Shown here piece after piece: positions 21,642 through 33,840 of a stretch of DNA of 64,000 bases. A program made the translations under genes and the position numbers. This DNA is from Naegleria gruberi. Its lineage: Eukaryota. The notes under the pieces are model-generated. The model ran no database searches. It was given only the letters and a program-made list of their open reading frames with translations, and was not told the origin of the DNA. Numbering within the stretch: position 1 is the stretch's first letter; each line of letters starts with the position of its first letter. The stretch is from NCBI GenBank assembly GCA_000004985.1, contig GG738883.1. One strand, given 5' to 3'.

Positions 21642-24019
21642 TTACAGAACAGAATCAAAATTCTTCTTTGCTGACTTTAGCTTATTCTTGATGGTATCAG
21701 TAAAGCTGGTATTTTTTGAATAATCATTTGGATTTGGTCTTTCTCTTCCATGCTTCTCGTAAACTCTATCTAGACGAGATTTGTGTGAACTTTTAGTTTC
21801 TTGTGGTTCTGAAAAGTCATCATAGTCATAGTTATCCTCATTCACTTCAACGAGTTTGATATTGTCATCAATCTCAATTCTTGTCTCAAAATCTTCATTT
21901 TCATCCAATGAAATATTAACAGCTGATCTCAAGTCGTTTTCTTCTAATTTGTCGAATGAGGAGGAAATCTTTTCAGCACTAACATTTTGAAGTTGTCTCA
22001 ACTTCTTAGCACGAGCTCTATGTAATATTTCTCTGCCTTCCAAAATTGTTTCGTCACTCATATTTGATCCAGTATAACTAAATCTTTGAATATTACACAA
22101 AGTTCCACATCTTTCAATAAGTTTGAACATTGTAATAAAGGCAACAACAATAATTAACAATGGGAAGTAATCGACAATAAAACCACCAAGTAAACCAAAA
22201 ATACGAAGACCATCTACTCTCAAAGCTCCATAAATTGCAAAGTAGGCAACACCATCATCAGGGTCGACACCAACCATCTGCAAAAAGTTGAAACACATAG
22301 TCGGAATGGCTCTGCACAATAAGAGAGCTGTATAGAATAAAGTGTAAGAGTCAGTGTGATGAGGAACCATTTGGAACAAGTACAAAATTCTAACTCTATA
22401 CATGGCAAAGAGGAGTGTTACAAGGATCAACCCCAAAATGAGAAGAGCAACTATCTGGATAGCAAAACGATCTCTCATAGACATGATTATCAACTCTAAA
22501 ATAGATAAACTCAATCTCTTGGTAGCATAAATGTTCTTGAAGAGAGGTGTAAATTCACACCACATGATAATCAAACCAAATGGAACGAATGCAAGAGCCA
22601 ATAATTTCAAAAGTAGAGATCTCAAATATTTAACATAAATCCACTCTGGTTTTTCTATAATTGTTTGTACAACCTTTGGTCTTGGACTACGGAATGGAGA
22701 AGCAACTTTCATGTCAGAACTGTTTTCCTTTGAGTGAATTACATCTTGCAAGATGAATGCCTTCTTTTGGAGATGTTTCCATTGATATTGTTTGGAACTA
22801 AACTCACGAATAGCTTTTTGGAGCAATCTGTGAATCTTTACACAATCTGATCTTGATAAATCTTCAATGTTTTTAGGAAGCAAACCATCATCAACATCTC
22901 TTGAGGTGGATCTTCTAATTGCCTTATTCAACTGTGGGTGATCGCGAATCACTTCTTCGACAGTCATCATTATACGCTCCACATTCTTAAATTGTTTGTG
23001 TGTTGAGTCGACCTTTCTTTCCAATATCTTACAAACTCCCAAATAATCCAACAATTCATTTTCCAATTCCTCTAATTCTTCCACAATAGTTGGTGTAGTA
23101 AATTCGTACAATTGCAATTGACGTTCGTCATTAGAGGTTTCCCATAAATATCTAGGAACTGCAATTATACCATAACCAATGAAACCAACCAACAAGACCA
23201 AACCATAAATATTGGATAAACTCAAACCCAGACCAGCTATCAAATCTAGTGAAATTATCTGAGCATTGGCTGGATCATTCGCATTAGAAATTGCAATGTA
23301 AATGCAAAATCCTCCCAAACCAAGACCTCCCACAAGTAACATAATTGAGTAGGTAATCAAGTTATCCAAAATAGCACGAAGCCATCTGAAAATTGCCAAG
23401 AATTCACCGGTATACAAGTAACTCTGGAAAATTGGTAGTAAAATCCAAGATAACACTTGTAGTGTCCAATATATAACTCTCCACATGGTTACAAGTGCCG
23501 GATCAGGCTTCATCTTTTTGTTTAATTTATCATTTGAAATTGCCTGTTTTCATCATCCACATGTTGTTTGTTGTTGTTGTTTAAATTCCATAATAATGAT
23601 TGATATGAAATTTGTATTACACAATTTAACCAAGTTTTAAATTCACAACATTATAAAGTTAAATTACTTACGGAAGCTAAATCTATACAACATAAGAAAA
23701 CAGCCAAGAAGAGCAATAAATAGGTAATTAACAATGGAATGTACAAGAACCAAGGGAATGGGTTCGATTTGGTGTAGTACCTCAACAGTGCTACAGAGGC
23801 AATGGTTCCTAAAATCAACGTAAAAGCCAAACTCACAAAGAAGAAGGCATCCATTGAGTGTTGTGTATCTACATTGGTTCCATTCGTAAAGTTATATGTA
23901 TTGTTGCTATTGATGATAGGTGGAGAAGGTCCAGCTAAAATACTATTAGCAATCGGATAGAGTATATTAGCCAAAAGGCTATCCGAGGTAGAAGAAGATA
24001 CCTCTCCCTGTTGATTCAT
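21642..24019 (-). CDS. LMBR1 domain-containing multi-pass membrane protein (LMBRD2-like); 2 exons
   Basis: Exon 1 is 24019-23672 (...CCIDLAS|GTAAGT). The intron is 23544-23671 (128 nt, ...AAAACAG|). Exon 2 is 23543-21642 and begins AISNDKLNKKMKPDPALV. There are nine or more TM helices and a central coiled-coil loop. MWRVIYWTLQVLSWILLP...YGIIAVPRYLW resembles the LMBR1 family. Confidence 0.65.
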
Positions 24020-24657
24020 GTTGTGTTACTCTCTCAAATCAACACCTGTGTTCTAATTGATGATCAAACGCACGGAAGAAATCTTTGATTTTTTGTGTTT
24101 TGAGTTTTAATAATAATTGAACATTGGGTTACATCATGTAGCAAAAAGAGCACTCTTTCTACTGGTGTTCTAATTAGCCATAAAATAGAGAGCAAAAACA
24201 ACGTCCAACAACATTTCTAATGAAAATTAATGGCGATTATATTTATATATGATACCAAAGCTATCCGTTAAGAAATTTTAAAATAATAATGAATTTATTT
24301 TATTTATAATTGAATTAAAGAAAGCAACAACAAGCATCGATAACACCTCATAATTAATACCATTATTTAGCCTAAGAGAAGTTAGTATGGTCATCAACCC
24401 AAAACATACCACAAACCCTTTATTAATAATTACATCAAATATCGTACTTCCGTGGCAAACGATTCATGAGAATCAAAAGGTGACGGATAGTACCACGAAG
24501 CTTGTAATCGAAGTGGTAATATTCCAAAAAACTTAAACATGTTAACCTCAATACACCTCAGGTTTTGGAAACAACACCCAAATTTGCTTGTTTGGTACTT
24601 TGACATATTGATGTATCTCATTGCTGCTACGAAACATGCTCTGTCAGTAAGAAAAAA

Positions 24658-25883
24658 ATGTCAGGTAATGATGCCAGTGATTGGCTCTGGTCGAAATCTG
24701 ACCTGGTTCTGTCATCCCTTCAACAACAAATGCCCCAAGGTCAAAATGGTAATAAACCACTTGCCTTTGGAGAATTATATAGACTTCAAAACTTTTCTCC
24801 ACGAGAATATACTCAAGCTTCTATAGGGCTCACTATTGCTTTCATACTTGGATTTCTTGCTTTAGGTTTGATTATTATGATTTTCTTCAGTAGAAACAAG
24901 TATAGGAAAACTATGGTAATGAATCAAAAATTCATTCTCATGTTAGTTGGATTGTTATTGGCAATTCAGATATTTTCATTGATTTCAAGAATAATCTTTG
25001 AAGCCATTAGTTTGGATATTATTGATGACATATCACTATTCATTCAACAACAAAATGGAACAGAAGCAATGCAGAATGCCCTCGCTACAATGAATAGTAC
25101 AGTTACTGCAGCTGAGGCTGGAGTTTCAGATTCTCCTATTTTTGCTATGGCATTCTTTGGAGCAATTTATATATTCACAACATCTGCCAATTTGGCTGTC
25201 ATTACTTTGATTGTTACATTTGTTTCCTTTGTTTTCTTCAAGACAATCAAGAGAGGTGGAACTATTTCCAAGAGTCATTATGTTTTCCTTTCGATTTTTG
25301 GAGATGCCTTTGGTGTTTTTGTATTTGTGATTGTTCTATTGATTAGTTTGACATTGGGGATTGTGTACTTACTGGTATCAATTGGTCTCTCATCTGATTT
25401 CCAGACAGGATTATATATTGGTGTGTATGTTCCCTATGTTGTACAAATTCTGTTACAGACTATTCTCTTCAATGTAAGTTTAATTGTCCACCTCTTTTTA
25501 CTTGAACTCACACTTAATAGTTCTCTGCTGTGAAAGTTCTCATCATCATCTCTAAAAACTCCAATCCTCAAAATAAGGGACAATATCAGAAGCCATTTTT
25601 CAAAGTAATTTCTGTACAGATCATTTTGACTCTTTGTGCCTTTATTCAACTGATAGCAACATTGATTGGCCTTATTCAGGGATTCACTTATTCGAAATTG
25701 CTCTTCTTCATTTTCAACAATATTGGAATTATAAGTTTTGCTATTGTTGCAATTACTTTATATAATCCTCTTTTCTCAATTGAACACAAACAGCTCGATA
25801 ATAAGAATGATAGCGCTCTTACTTCTCCAAGAAGTAACAAACAAATTGTTCCACAAGAGAAACCTACACAGGATAATATTTAA
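24658..25883 (+). CDS. Multi-pass (roughly 7-9 TM) membrane protein; 2 exons
   Basis: Exon 1 is 24658-25473 (...ILFN|GTAAGT). The intron is 25474-25520 (47 nt, ...TTAATAG|). Exon 2 is 25521-25883 (FSAVKVLIIISKN...). Hydrophobic helices are spaced regularly. No family assigned. Confidence 0.5.
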
Positions 25884-25905
25884 ATTGATTTTATTTCCAA
25901 CTCTA

Positions 25906-27561
25906 TTAGATGGAACTAATTTCTGTATAGGCTCTCTTCTTTCTATTGTAAAATACTAGAGTAAGGATTATCACACCAACAATAACAAGGAGGAGAGCAG
26001 CTCCACCAATTGATGCTCCAATAATAATACCTAGATTATCTGAATTCTTACTTGGTTCTGGAGTGATATATCCTCCTAAATTGGAGGCATCATTGTCATT
26101 TACATTTGATGTCAAATAGTATGGGACAAATTCAAAATACTTGGATGGACTCAATTTAGTGGAAATGATTTCATTCATTTCAGATGTAGTCAATTTAAGA
26201 GATTTATCAACTTTCTTACCCCAATAATTCAAGCTTACATTGAGCTTTGAATTAGCTTTTTGCACACAGACATCTCCATTGACTGTTTCGACACTATCAA
26301 AAATGTTTTTTTCAATCCTCAAGTTGTTATTGATTGCATTCTTAATAGTGAGAGAACATTTACCAGAGTTTCCTGTTAAAGTGTTACGTACAAACGAAAG
26401 GGCTCCAATATTGTCAAAGTTTACAATACTATAGAATCCATTGACTTGACAATTTACAATTTCATTTTGTTCAAAAACTACTGAATCAAAATTGAATAAT
26501 GGTCCACCAATCAAATTCAAAGGTATTGATGGTAATCCAGAAGATGGGGTCAAATTAATCACCTTATTGTTAGTAAAGCGAAATAATTTCATGTTGTAAT
26601 TCATGAATACGGCAAGACCATGGATATTCTGGAATGTACATTGTTGGATATCAAAAACTCCATTAGATACATCTGGTTGATTATTGGCAATTGCTATTCC
26701 ACTCTCTTTCATATTGAAATTGTCAAATTTAACTCTGAATGCAGTAATATTATAGGAAACTATACCGGATTTGAACCATTTAAAGTCAACATTTGTCAAT
26801 TTAAGGGAAACTCTCTCAGAATTAATACCTTGCCCAACATTGTCGAAAACAGTGTTCTCAACAGTGAATGAATTCTTTGCATTCTTATTGTCAGATCCTT
26901 TGTGGACAAAGGTATTTCCTATTTTGGAGAAATAACAATTCGAAACAGTCACTCGACAAGCATTTTCTGGTAATGCAATCAAAAGGACGGTTTGCATGTT
27001 TTCAAATTTTGATTCAGTTACATGGAATACATGTTCTCCACTAATGATACGAAATAGGTTGTATCCACCATTCATTGTGCAATTACTGAGTTTAATAGAA
27101 TCCAGTGATTGTTGAATGTCAAAGGTTTGAACAGCCTTCAGTCTTTGAGACTTGATAACAGATACTGAATCCAAATCTAAGCGTCTTGTTTGGCCATCCA
27201 ACACAAACGACCACATTTCATTGTTGAAAGATGGAACTGGTTTTGTTCCTTGGAACACATCCAAACTCATGAATTGTACGTGCTTTCCAATTTCTAAACT
27301 TCCATTAATATTGATAGTGATTGGTTGTGTAACATTGGATGATGAGTAGAATACTACTTGAGCATTATCTTTAATTGATAGGATGCTATCTTGTGGAATG
27401 TTCAAGCTTTCCTTGATGAGCACAAGTCCTTTCCATTCAATAATAGATACTTCATTTCTTTTAGCACATACATGTTGAATGTTGTAACTCACAACCATTA
27501 AGATAAACAAGTAAATGGCCAACACTAAGCGTGACCATCTACTCAAAGCTAATACGTTCAT
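25906..27561 (-). CDS. Type-I membrane protein with a beta-helix (FxxN-repeat) ectodomain and a short cytoplasmic tail
   Basis: Signal peptide MNVLALSRWSRLVLAIYLFILMVVSYNIQHVCA. Repeated FxxN beta-helix units are FDNVGQG, FENMQTV, FQNIHGL, FTNNKVI, FEQNEIV and FVRNTLT. TM segment LGIIIGASIGGAALLLVIVGVIILTLVFY, then NRKKRAYTEISSI at the C-terminus. This looks like a kinase-less relative of the receptor-kinase ectodomains. Confidence 0.55.
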   Translation of the reverse strand: MNVLALSRWSRLVLAIYLFILMVVSYNIQHVCAKRNEVSIIEWKGLVLIKESLNIPQDSILSIKDNAQVVFYSSSNVTQPITININGSLEIGKHVQFMSLDVFQGTKPVPSFNNEMWSFVLDGQTRRLDLDSVSVIKSQRLKAVQTFDIQQSLDSIKLSNCTMNGGYNLFRIISGEHVFHVTESKFENMQTVLLIALPENACRVTVSNCYFSKIGNTFVHKGSDNKNAKNSFTVENTVFDNVGQGINSERVSLKLTNVDFKWFKSGIVSYNITAFRVKFDNFNMKESGIAIANNQPDVSNGVFDIQQCTFQNIHGLAVFMNYNMKLFRFTNNKVINLTPSSGLPSIPLNLIGGPLFNFDSVVFEQNEIVNCQVNGFYSIVNFDNIGALSFVRNTLTGNSGKCSLTIKNAINNNLRIEKNIFDSVETVNGDVCVQKANSKLNVSLNYWGKKVDKSLKLTTSEMNEIISTKLSPSKYFEFVPYYLTSNVNDNDASNLGGYITPEPSKNSDNLGIIIGASIGGAALLLVIVGVIILTLVFYNRKKRAYTEISSI

Positions 27562-27799
27562 TGGTTATGTTTCTTTTTTTTCAATCAGAATAATATATAT
27601 TGTGTGCAATTTTTAAATGGTTTACGAACAGAGCTGTTTAGAAAGTAGGTAGGAAAAGTGAAAGGCCCATTTCCTTAAAGCCATTCCATTAACATTGAAT
27701 AATATTTTCCGGTAACAGGCAATGCTTGTTTTGGATTCATTCGGCAAGACAAATCAAAAGCGAATGCAAATTGAAAGCAAATTGAAAGCAATAAAAATG

Positions 27800-28010
27800 G
27801 GTCCGCCAAATCTACAGTAATAATAAGAGAATGCACTTGTACAATTCTGCAAGCTTAATCCCGTAATCCCTAGCTGCTAACGCACATTTCGATATTTCTC
27901 AACGGAGAAATTGGACTTTCCGAACAACACCGAGAGGCTCCACAATACGGTGAGCATTAAACCTCAACAGTAATGAGGAATAGAAAATTTTCCCAGCACT
28001 GCACCTTTTT
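27800..28010. ncRNA. Candidate small pol III-type ncRNA; class and strand undetermined
   Basis: A GC-richer island sits in AT-rich intergenic DNA. It is bounded by TTTTTTT on the + strand (28007-28013) and a T5 run on the - strand (about 27795-27799). The - strand contains GGAAAGUCC, which resembles the P4 motif of RNase P/MRP RNA. The + strand contains AAUGAGG...AAAAUUUUCCCA, which resembles U4 snRNA. No confident family match by eye. Confidence 0.25.
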
Positions 28011-28140
28011 TTAAACTTCCTACATTGATTAGCTATGTTGCATCACAAGCATGAGGAATTATCATTAAGGTTATAAATGTGGCTTTGCTTTTTTGGATTT
28101 TAATTGATTGCTAGAATTTTAGTTTATTATAAATTAGCAA

Positions 28141-28782
28141 TTAAATCAAATCAGAATATTTCGTAATGAGATTTGCCAACTCCTTCAAGTATTTTCCATC
28201 AATTTCCAAACTAAATTGTTCCAAAGCAGTAGAATCAACATCAATCAAACCAAATACCTGTCCATTTTGAGAATTAAACAATGGTACACAAATTTCTGAA
28301 TTAGAAGCACTGTCACATGCAATATGTCCAGAAAATTCATGAACATTTGGCACCACAATAATTTCCTCTTTTGTAATACAAGCTCCACACACTCCCTTTC
28401 CAAATCTAATTCTTGTACAAGCTAATTTACCATGAAAAGGTCCTAAAACAAGTTCTCTGATTGGTTTATCATTTGTTTTCACATCAATCAAATAAAAACC
28501 AAACCAATTAATTGGATGACCATTTTCCAGAAATGTATTATAAAACAATGAAGCACAATTTGCAAGATTTGCAATTAAATTACTTTCATCACTCATCACA
28601 CTTTCGATTTCCTTCAGTAATTTAGTGTAGGTTTCCTCGGAGATGGGTTTTCTCTCCGAAGGTTGATGGCACTGATGATTTTGCTCGGAGAGTTGATGCA
28701 TTTTTTTTGATTTTGTTTTCCAATTCACAGTTTGTGTTGTAATCTTTCGCATGTGAGAAATAATAGTTTGAAAATTCCACAT
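28141..28782 (-). CDS. Free methionine-(R)-sulfoxide reductase (GAF-domain protein, fRMsr)
   Basis: GAF-domain core with NWFGFYL...GPFHGKLACTRIRFGKGVCGACITKEEIIVVPNVHEF..HIACDSASNSEICVPL. This matches the conserved fRMsr Cys motifs (GKGVCG, ACD). Confidence 0.7.
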   Translation of the reverse strand: MWNFQTIISHMRKITTQTVNWKTKSKKMHQLSEQNHQCHQPSERKPISEETYTKLLKEIESVMSDESNLIANLANCASLFYNTFLENGHPINWFGFYLIDVKTNDKPIRELVLGPFHGKLACTRIRFGKGVCGACITKEEIIVVPNVHEFSGHIACDSASNSEICVPLFNSQNGQVFGLIDVDSTALEQFSLEIDGKYLKELANLITKYSDLI

Positions 28783-28878
28783 TCAATTTTCATTGTAAAC
28801 TCTTTTCACACAACTTTATCCTAAAACTGTCAAATACAAAAAAGGATCCAATATTCAACAACAAGTTACTTAAAAAAA

Positions 28879-30075
28879 ATGTCATTATCACTACCACCTC
28901 CATCATCAGAGAGTTTTGTGAAAACTATTCTCTTCTCCTCCGAATCGGTGACAGAAGGACATCCAGATAAATTATGTGATCAAGTTTCTGATGCAGTTTT
29001 AGATGCTTGTTTGGCTGTTGATCCGATGAGTAAAGTTGCCTGTGAATCATGTTGTAAAACTGGAATGGTTTTGGTGTTTGGAGAGATTACATCAAAGGCC
29101 AATATTGATTTTCAAAAAATTGTGAGAGAGACAGTTAAAGAAATTGGATTTGATGATAGTAGTAAAGGATTTGATTACAAGACATGTAATGTTTTGGTTG
29201 CTGTTGAACAACAATCACCAGATATTTCACAATGTGTTGTAAAGGATGGATTGGATGAGAATTTGGGAGCTGGTGATCAGGGAATGATGTTTGGATATGC
29301 ATGTAATGAAACAAGTGAATTGATGCCACTATCTCATTTACTTGCAAGTCAATTGGCTTTAAAATTGACTCAGGTTAGAAAATCTGGAGAATTGAAATGG
29401 TTGAGACCTGACGGAAAGACTCAAGTAACTGTAGAATATGAAAAACATTCGAATGGAGAAATGATTCCTAAACGAGTTCACACCATTGTCCTCTCCACTC
29501 AACACGACGAAAGTGTCACCAATGACCAAATCAAAACTGACATTAAGAAACATGTCATTCAAAAGGTTATTCCAGAAAAATACCTCGACTCTGAAACAAT
29601 TTATCACATCAACCCATCTGGAAGATTTGTCATTGGAGGTCCACAAGGAGATGCTGGATTGACTGGAAGAAAAATCATTGTCGACACGTATGGAGGTTGG
29701 GGAGCACATGGTGGTGGAGCATTCTCTGGAAAGGATCCTACTAAGGTTGATAGATCTGCCTCCTATTACTCCAGATATGTGGCAAAGAATATAGTAGCTG
29801 CTGGATTGGCAAAGAGATGTTTAATTCAAGTTTCGTATGCGATTGGAATTTGTGAGCCATTGTCGGTTCATGTCGAAACTTTTGGAACTGCTCAAAATGG
29901 ATTGGATGATTGGAAGATTTTGGATATTGTCAAGAAGAATTTCAATTTCACACCTTACAATATGATTAAGGAACTCAATTTGAGAAGACCAATCTATTCC
30001 AAAACTTCAGCCTATGGTCACTTTGGAAGATCTGAATTTCCTTGGGAACAAATCAAACCTCTTAAACTTGATTAA
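28879..30075 (+). CDS. MAT: S-adenosylmethionine synthetase (methionine adenosyltransferase)
   Basis: Full-length 398 aa in a single exon. Hallmark motifs are [45 protein letters not shown] and the GAGDQG loop. A-run Kozak context. Confidence 0.9.
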   Translation: MSLSLPPPSSESFVKTILFSSESVTEGHPDKLCDQVSDAVLDACLAVDPMSKVACESCCKTGMVLVFGEITSKANIDFQKIVRETVKEIGFDDSSKGFDYKTCNVLVAVEQQSPDISQCVVKDGLDENLGAGDQGMMFGYACNETSELMPLSHLLASQLALKLTQVRKSGELKWLRPDGKTQVTVEYEKHSNGEMIPKRVHTIVLSTQHDESVTNDQIKTDIKKHVIQKVIPEKYLDSETIYHINPSGRFVIGGPQGDAGLTGRKIIVDTYGGWGAHGGGAFSGKDPTKVDRSASYYSRYVAKNIVAAGLAKRCLIQVSYAIGICEPLSVHVETFGTAQNGLDDWKILDIVKKNFNFTPYNMIKELNLRRPIYSKTSAYGHFGRSEFPWEQIKPLKLD

Positions 30076-30303
30076 AATTAAATATTATTAAATAGTCATT
30101 TACAATATTTTTAAATAGTAAATATTGTTCGTTACAGTTCCAAATTTGCACCATGAACTTGACACTTCAAACTTCCACCACAAAAAAAAATTCTCAACAA
30201 CTTTGCCAATAGTAATTTTTCCCAATCATTTTTGATCAACCATTTTCAGAGCTAAAATAACAATCGGAACAAGTAATAATTAGAAAAGAAGAATACAATT
30301 GTA

Positions 30304-32049
30304 ATGGCTTCGATTTTTAATTTTTTCAAGAGTGGAGGTGCCTATTCGAAGAGTAATACTGGAGCAACATCAAGTAGTACTAGTTCTACTAGTGGTGGTA
30401 GTTCAAGTAGTAGTAGTAGTGGTGGTGATGCTAGCAGTGGTACATCTTCAAATGAAACACCTTTGAGCAGTCCTTCTCCGAATGATAAGAGTGCTGTAAT
30501 AGTTGAGACAAACAAGGAAGTAATTGTTGATCAGAGCTCTACTTCAAAGGAAAAATCAACATCTAGTCAAATTGTGGATGGAAAGAATTTAATACTGTCA
30601 ATTCAACCTGATAGTAGACCTGTGTTTAATGAAGCTGATCTCACAGATTTGATAAAATTGAAAGAACACTTACAGTACAAACCAAGTGTTTTGAATTTGA
30701 TTGCTGTCTATCAGGCAGAAATTCAAAAACACGTAGAGTATGGTGTTAAAAAACCAAATAAGAAGGTACTCAATTATCAAATTGAACCAGCTCCTACAAA
30801 CACAAAATATGTCTACTTGACATCATCTGGTTTACCAGGAGTTTATTGTACTAATAATGATATGCTAGATTATAGTCACTATCAAGCTCTTAAGGAAGGA
30901 AAAAGTGTCACACATTCATTCGATTCTCAAGATTTGCCAAAAATTGAAGAAACTTTAAAGAACCAAACTCAAATTTCATCAAATTCTTCAATTACAAACA
31001 AGAGGAAGGAATTGGAACAATTAGAGAAACAATACACCCTATTGATGCGCGAAAAGGAAAAATTATTGATCGATAGAGCTGCAGTACTTTCCCCTGAAGA
31101 ATTGGCAATCATTGAAGAGGAAGAAGGCAAAAATAGAATCAGTAATCAAGACGATGATCAGTGGGAAATTGAAAGAAAGAAGAGAATTATTGAAAATGAA
31201 AGAAAATTGATCGAAAAAAGGTTAGCAGACGCTAAAAAGCACAGAAATGTTCGTTTCTATTGTAAGGGAGAATTGGAATACCTCACTAAATGGAATGACC
31301 ACTTTGTGAAGACTAACAGTGAAACAGCACCAAAGGGATTGGATGATATGCTGAGATACAAGCTAAATCCAACAAATTGTTTTGATTTAGGTGCTGAGGA
31401 AATTCACTATAGATTTTGTGAATCCCAATTCCACAGATTAGCAGCCAATCCACTGTATGGATCATCCTATCCAACTGCAAAACTTATTAATGTTGAATAT
31501 GTTGTGAATCCAGTCATTATGAGAAGATTTAACGCATGCAAACAAGAATTAGCTAAAAAACATGGCTTTATGCTCGAAAGTATGAAACCATTGCTCTTAT
31601 TCCATGGTACCTCTGATACCAATATGGAGAATATCTTAAGGACCAACTTTTTACTGAACAAGATAGGTAAGTCATTACACTTTTAACAATTCATTTTAAT
31701 GATGATCACATATTTGTTTTTTACATTCTTTAAACAGGCTCAACAACTGATATGGGTTGGTATGGAAAGTAAGTATTGATAGCCTTTATCATTTATTAAT
31801 CTTCTATTCCACAGAGGTTTTTACTTTAGTGAATATCCAGGATTATCTATGGGTTATGCCAGAAATCAATATTTGTTAATTTGTATGGTTTTGATTGGTA
31901 AGGCCTTCCACATGAATCAAGTAGAAACTGGTAGAGCTATTGAACCTGGTTATGATTCACACGTATCTCCTGATGGTTGCAGTGAGGTCATTATTTTCAA
32001 CCCAGATCAAATCATTCCTCTCTACAAGATTCAATGGGTGCAACAATAA
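30304..32049 (+). CDS. PARP catalytic-domain protein (mono-ADP-ribosyltransferase-like, H-Y-M triad); 3 exons
   Basis: Exons are 30304-31666, 31738-31768 and 31815-32049. Introns are 31667-31737 (71 nt, GTAAGT..ACAG) and 31769-31814 (46 nt, GTAAGT..ACAG). The N-terminal part is Ser-rich with a coiled-coil. The C-terminal domain has LLFHGTSDTNMENIL (H), GKGFYFSEY (Y) and LLICMVLIGKAF. The last stretch has M where poly-ADP-ribosylating PARPs carry the catalytic E. Confidence 0.6.
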
Positions 32050-32295
32050 CATTATTGTAAAAATCAGAAAGGGAGGTCATCAATACGATGGTGCCATGAA
32101 TCTGGATCGTACTTTAGACTATCCCTAATTTCATAATTGTACATATTTGGAAGATGCTCCAATAAAGCAAATCGACTTATTTATTAATATTTAAAAATCT
32201 AAAACATCCAAATTATCACAAATATTAAGCAAAAAAAGCACAACAACAACAACACTCAATCACAATATCGCAATAATTTATTCAATATCATCAAT

Positions 32296-32607
32296 ATGGT
32301 AAAAACAGTTACAAGAGGAATTTCAGAATATGACATTGTGCACTGTCCTCCATCTCACACCTATCATCCAACGACAAAGAAAGAACTCCTACGAGAACAC
32401 ATCTCATACGAACAATCCAGAAAAAAGAATTATCCAACAATAGGTCCATTCCAAAATATTGAGGAATTCTCAAATGGTACTGAGGAGGAATTGAAACATC
32501 TTCGAATGGACATGCTTCGTCAACAAATTGATCAAGATATCAAGGAGGGTTTTCCAGATTGGAATTTAACAGATTCATGGTTTTCAAAAATCAATTCTTC
32601 ATTGTAA
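32296..32607 (+). CDS. Hypothetical small protein (103 aa)
   Basis: ORF with a plausible start context. No domain recognised. Confidence 0.3.
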   Translation: MVKTVTRGISEYDIVHCPPSHTYHPTTKKELLREHISYEQSRKKNYPTIGPFQNIEEFSNGTEEELKHLRMDMLRQQIDQDIKEGFPDWNLTDSWFSKINSSL

Positions 32608-32662
32608 ACTTTTAATATTCTTGTAAACAGAATTAAAAACTTTAAATAACATTAAAAAAAAA

Positions 32663-33805
32663 ATGACAGCAGGAGGCTTACCTTCATCATCCTCTTCCGC
32701 ATCATCCGATGATGGAAGTCAGGGTGCTAATTCTATTCTCCTCTCACTCTTTAATTTTTATATGAATAATAATTTTAATTCTTACAATAATAATTATAAT
32801 TCAATAATGATGGAAAATTCCAATCAACAGCAACAACAATGCGATGCTGGTCAATATTGTTTGGCTGATGGGTTTTGCATTACGGAGGTATCACTCATTC
32901 CTACTTGTATTTTAGCCTTGATCGTTGGTGTTTATACTTGTCATCAGATCAGGAGACGATTTGCACATGTTCGGGCAAGTTGGATGTATTCATTGACGTT
33001 TTTATGTTTTGCAATCATGATGACAGACTCAATGTTTGTTCATTGCTTTGTTCCAAGACCAGATCCACAAAGCAAGTATTTTGTAATTAGTATGATTGTA
33101 AATTTGATTAATCTGGGAGGAACTACATCAATTGCTGTTGGATTTTTCTTTTGTGGACTTGCTGATATTAAGTGGATTGATGGAGATTCATTCCAATCCA
33201 AGTTGGCTTATGGATGCTCTTTTGTGGCTGTGTTTTTGGCTTGGTATTTGGCTTTGATCAATCAATGGAAAAATATGTTTTTGATTTTATATGGTGGAAT
33301 GGTTGGGTTGTTTTGTGGCTTATATCTTGTCATGCAAATTATTCTATTGGCAAGAAGTACTCACCACGAAGGAGAATCCGAATTTAGAGCAATCATGTAT
33401 TTCATCTTGTGTGGTATCAGTGGTGCTGTTGGGTTAGGAGCTGTTTTCATTTGGAGAAATCAAATTTGTAGCATGATGGGTCCAGTTCTATCTCCATATC
33501 TTGGTCCTACTTTTGTTTGGTTTATTTTGAGTGATGTGGCAGTCTATTTCCTATTCAAATATGTAGAAGAAACCATGAGTTTGAGAGATACTAGTCAAGT
33601 TGAAGAAAAGAAGAAAAAAGTCTATCCAAACTATAATCCATATACCAATGTTCAATATGCACCAATGCAAAATCAATCCTACATTGGAAATGATGGAAAA
33701 GTCTACACTTACACAAAGGTTTCCCAAAACGAACACGAAGATATTGAGCTCATGCCAAACTCTATCTTACCAACTCACAGACATCACACTAACAATGTAT
33801 TTTAA
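32663..33805 (+). CDS. Multi-pass membrane protein with N-terminal S/N/Q-rich low complexity
   Basis: A-run Kozak context. Poly-S, poly-N and QQQQQ tracts are followed by about seven hydrophobic helices. No family assigned. Confidence 0.5.
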   Translation: MTAGGLPSSSSSASSDDGSQGANSILLSLFNFYMNNNFNSYNNNYNSIMMENSNQQQQQCDAGQYCLADGFCITEVSLIPTCILALIVGVYTCHQIRRRFAHVRASWMYSLTFLCFAIMMTDSMFVHCFVPRPDPQSKYFVISMIVNLINLGGTTSIAVGFFFCGLADIKWIDGDSFQSKLAYGCSFVAVFLAWYLALINQWKNMFLILYGGMVGLFCGLYLVMQIILLARSTHHEGESEFRAIMYFILCGISGAVGLGAVFIWRNQICSMMGPVLSPYLGPTFVWFILSDVAVYFLFKYVEETMSLRDTSQVEEKKKKVYPNYNPYTNVQYAPMQNQSYIGNDGKVYTYTKVSQNEHEDIELMPNSILPTHRHHTNNVF

Positions 33806-33840
33806 ATTAAATTATTTATTAGAGTTATTAATTTACAAAT

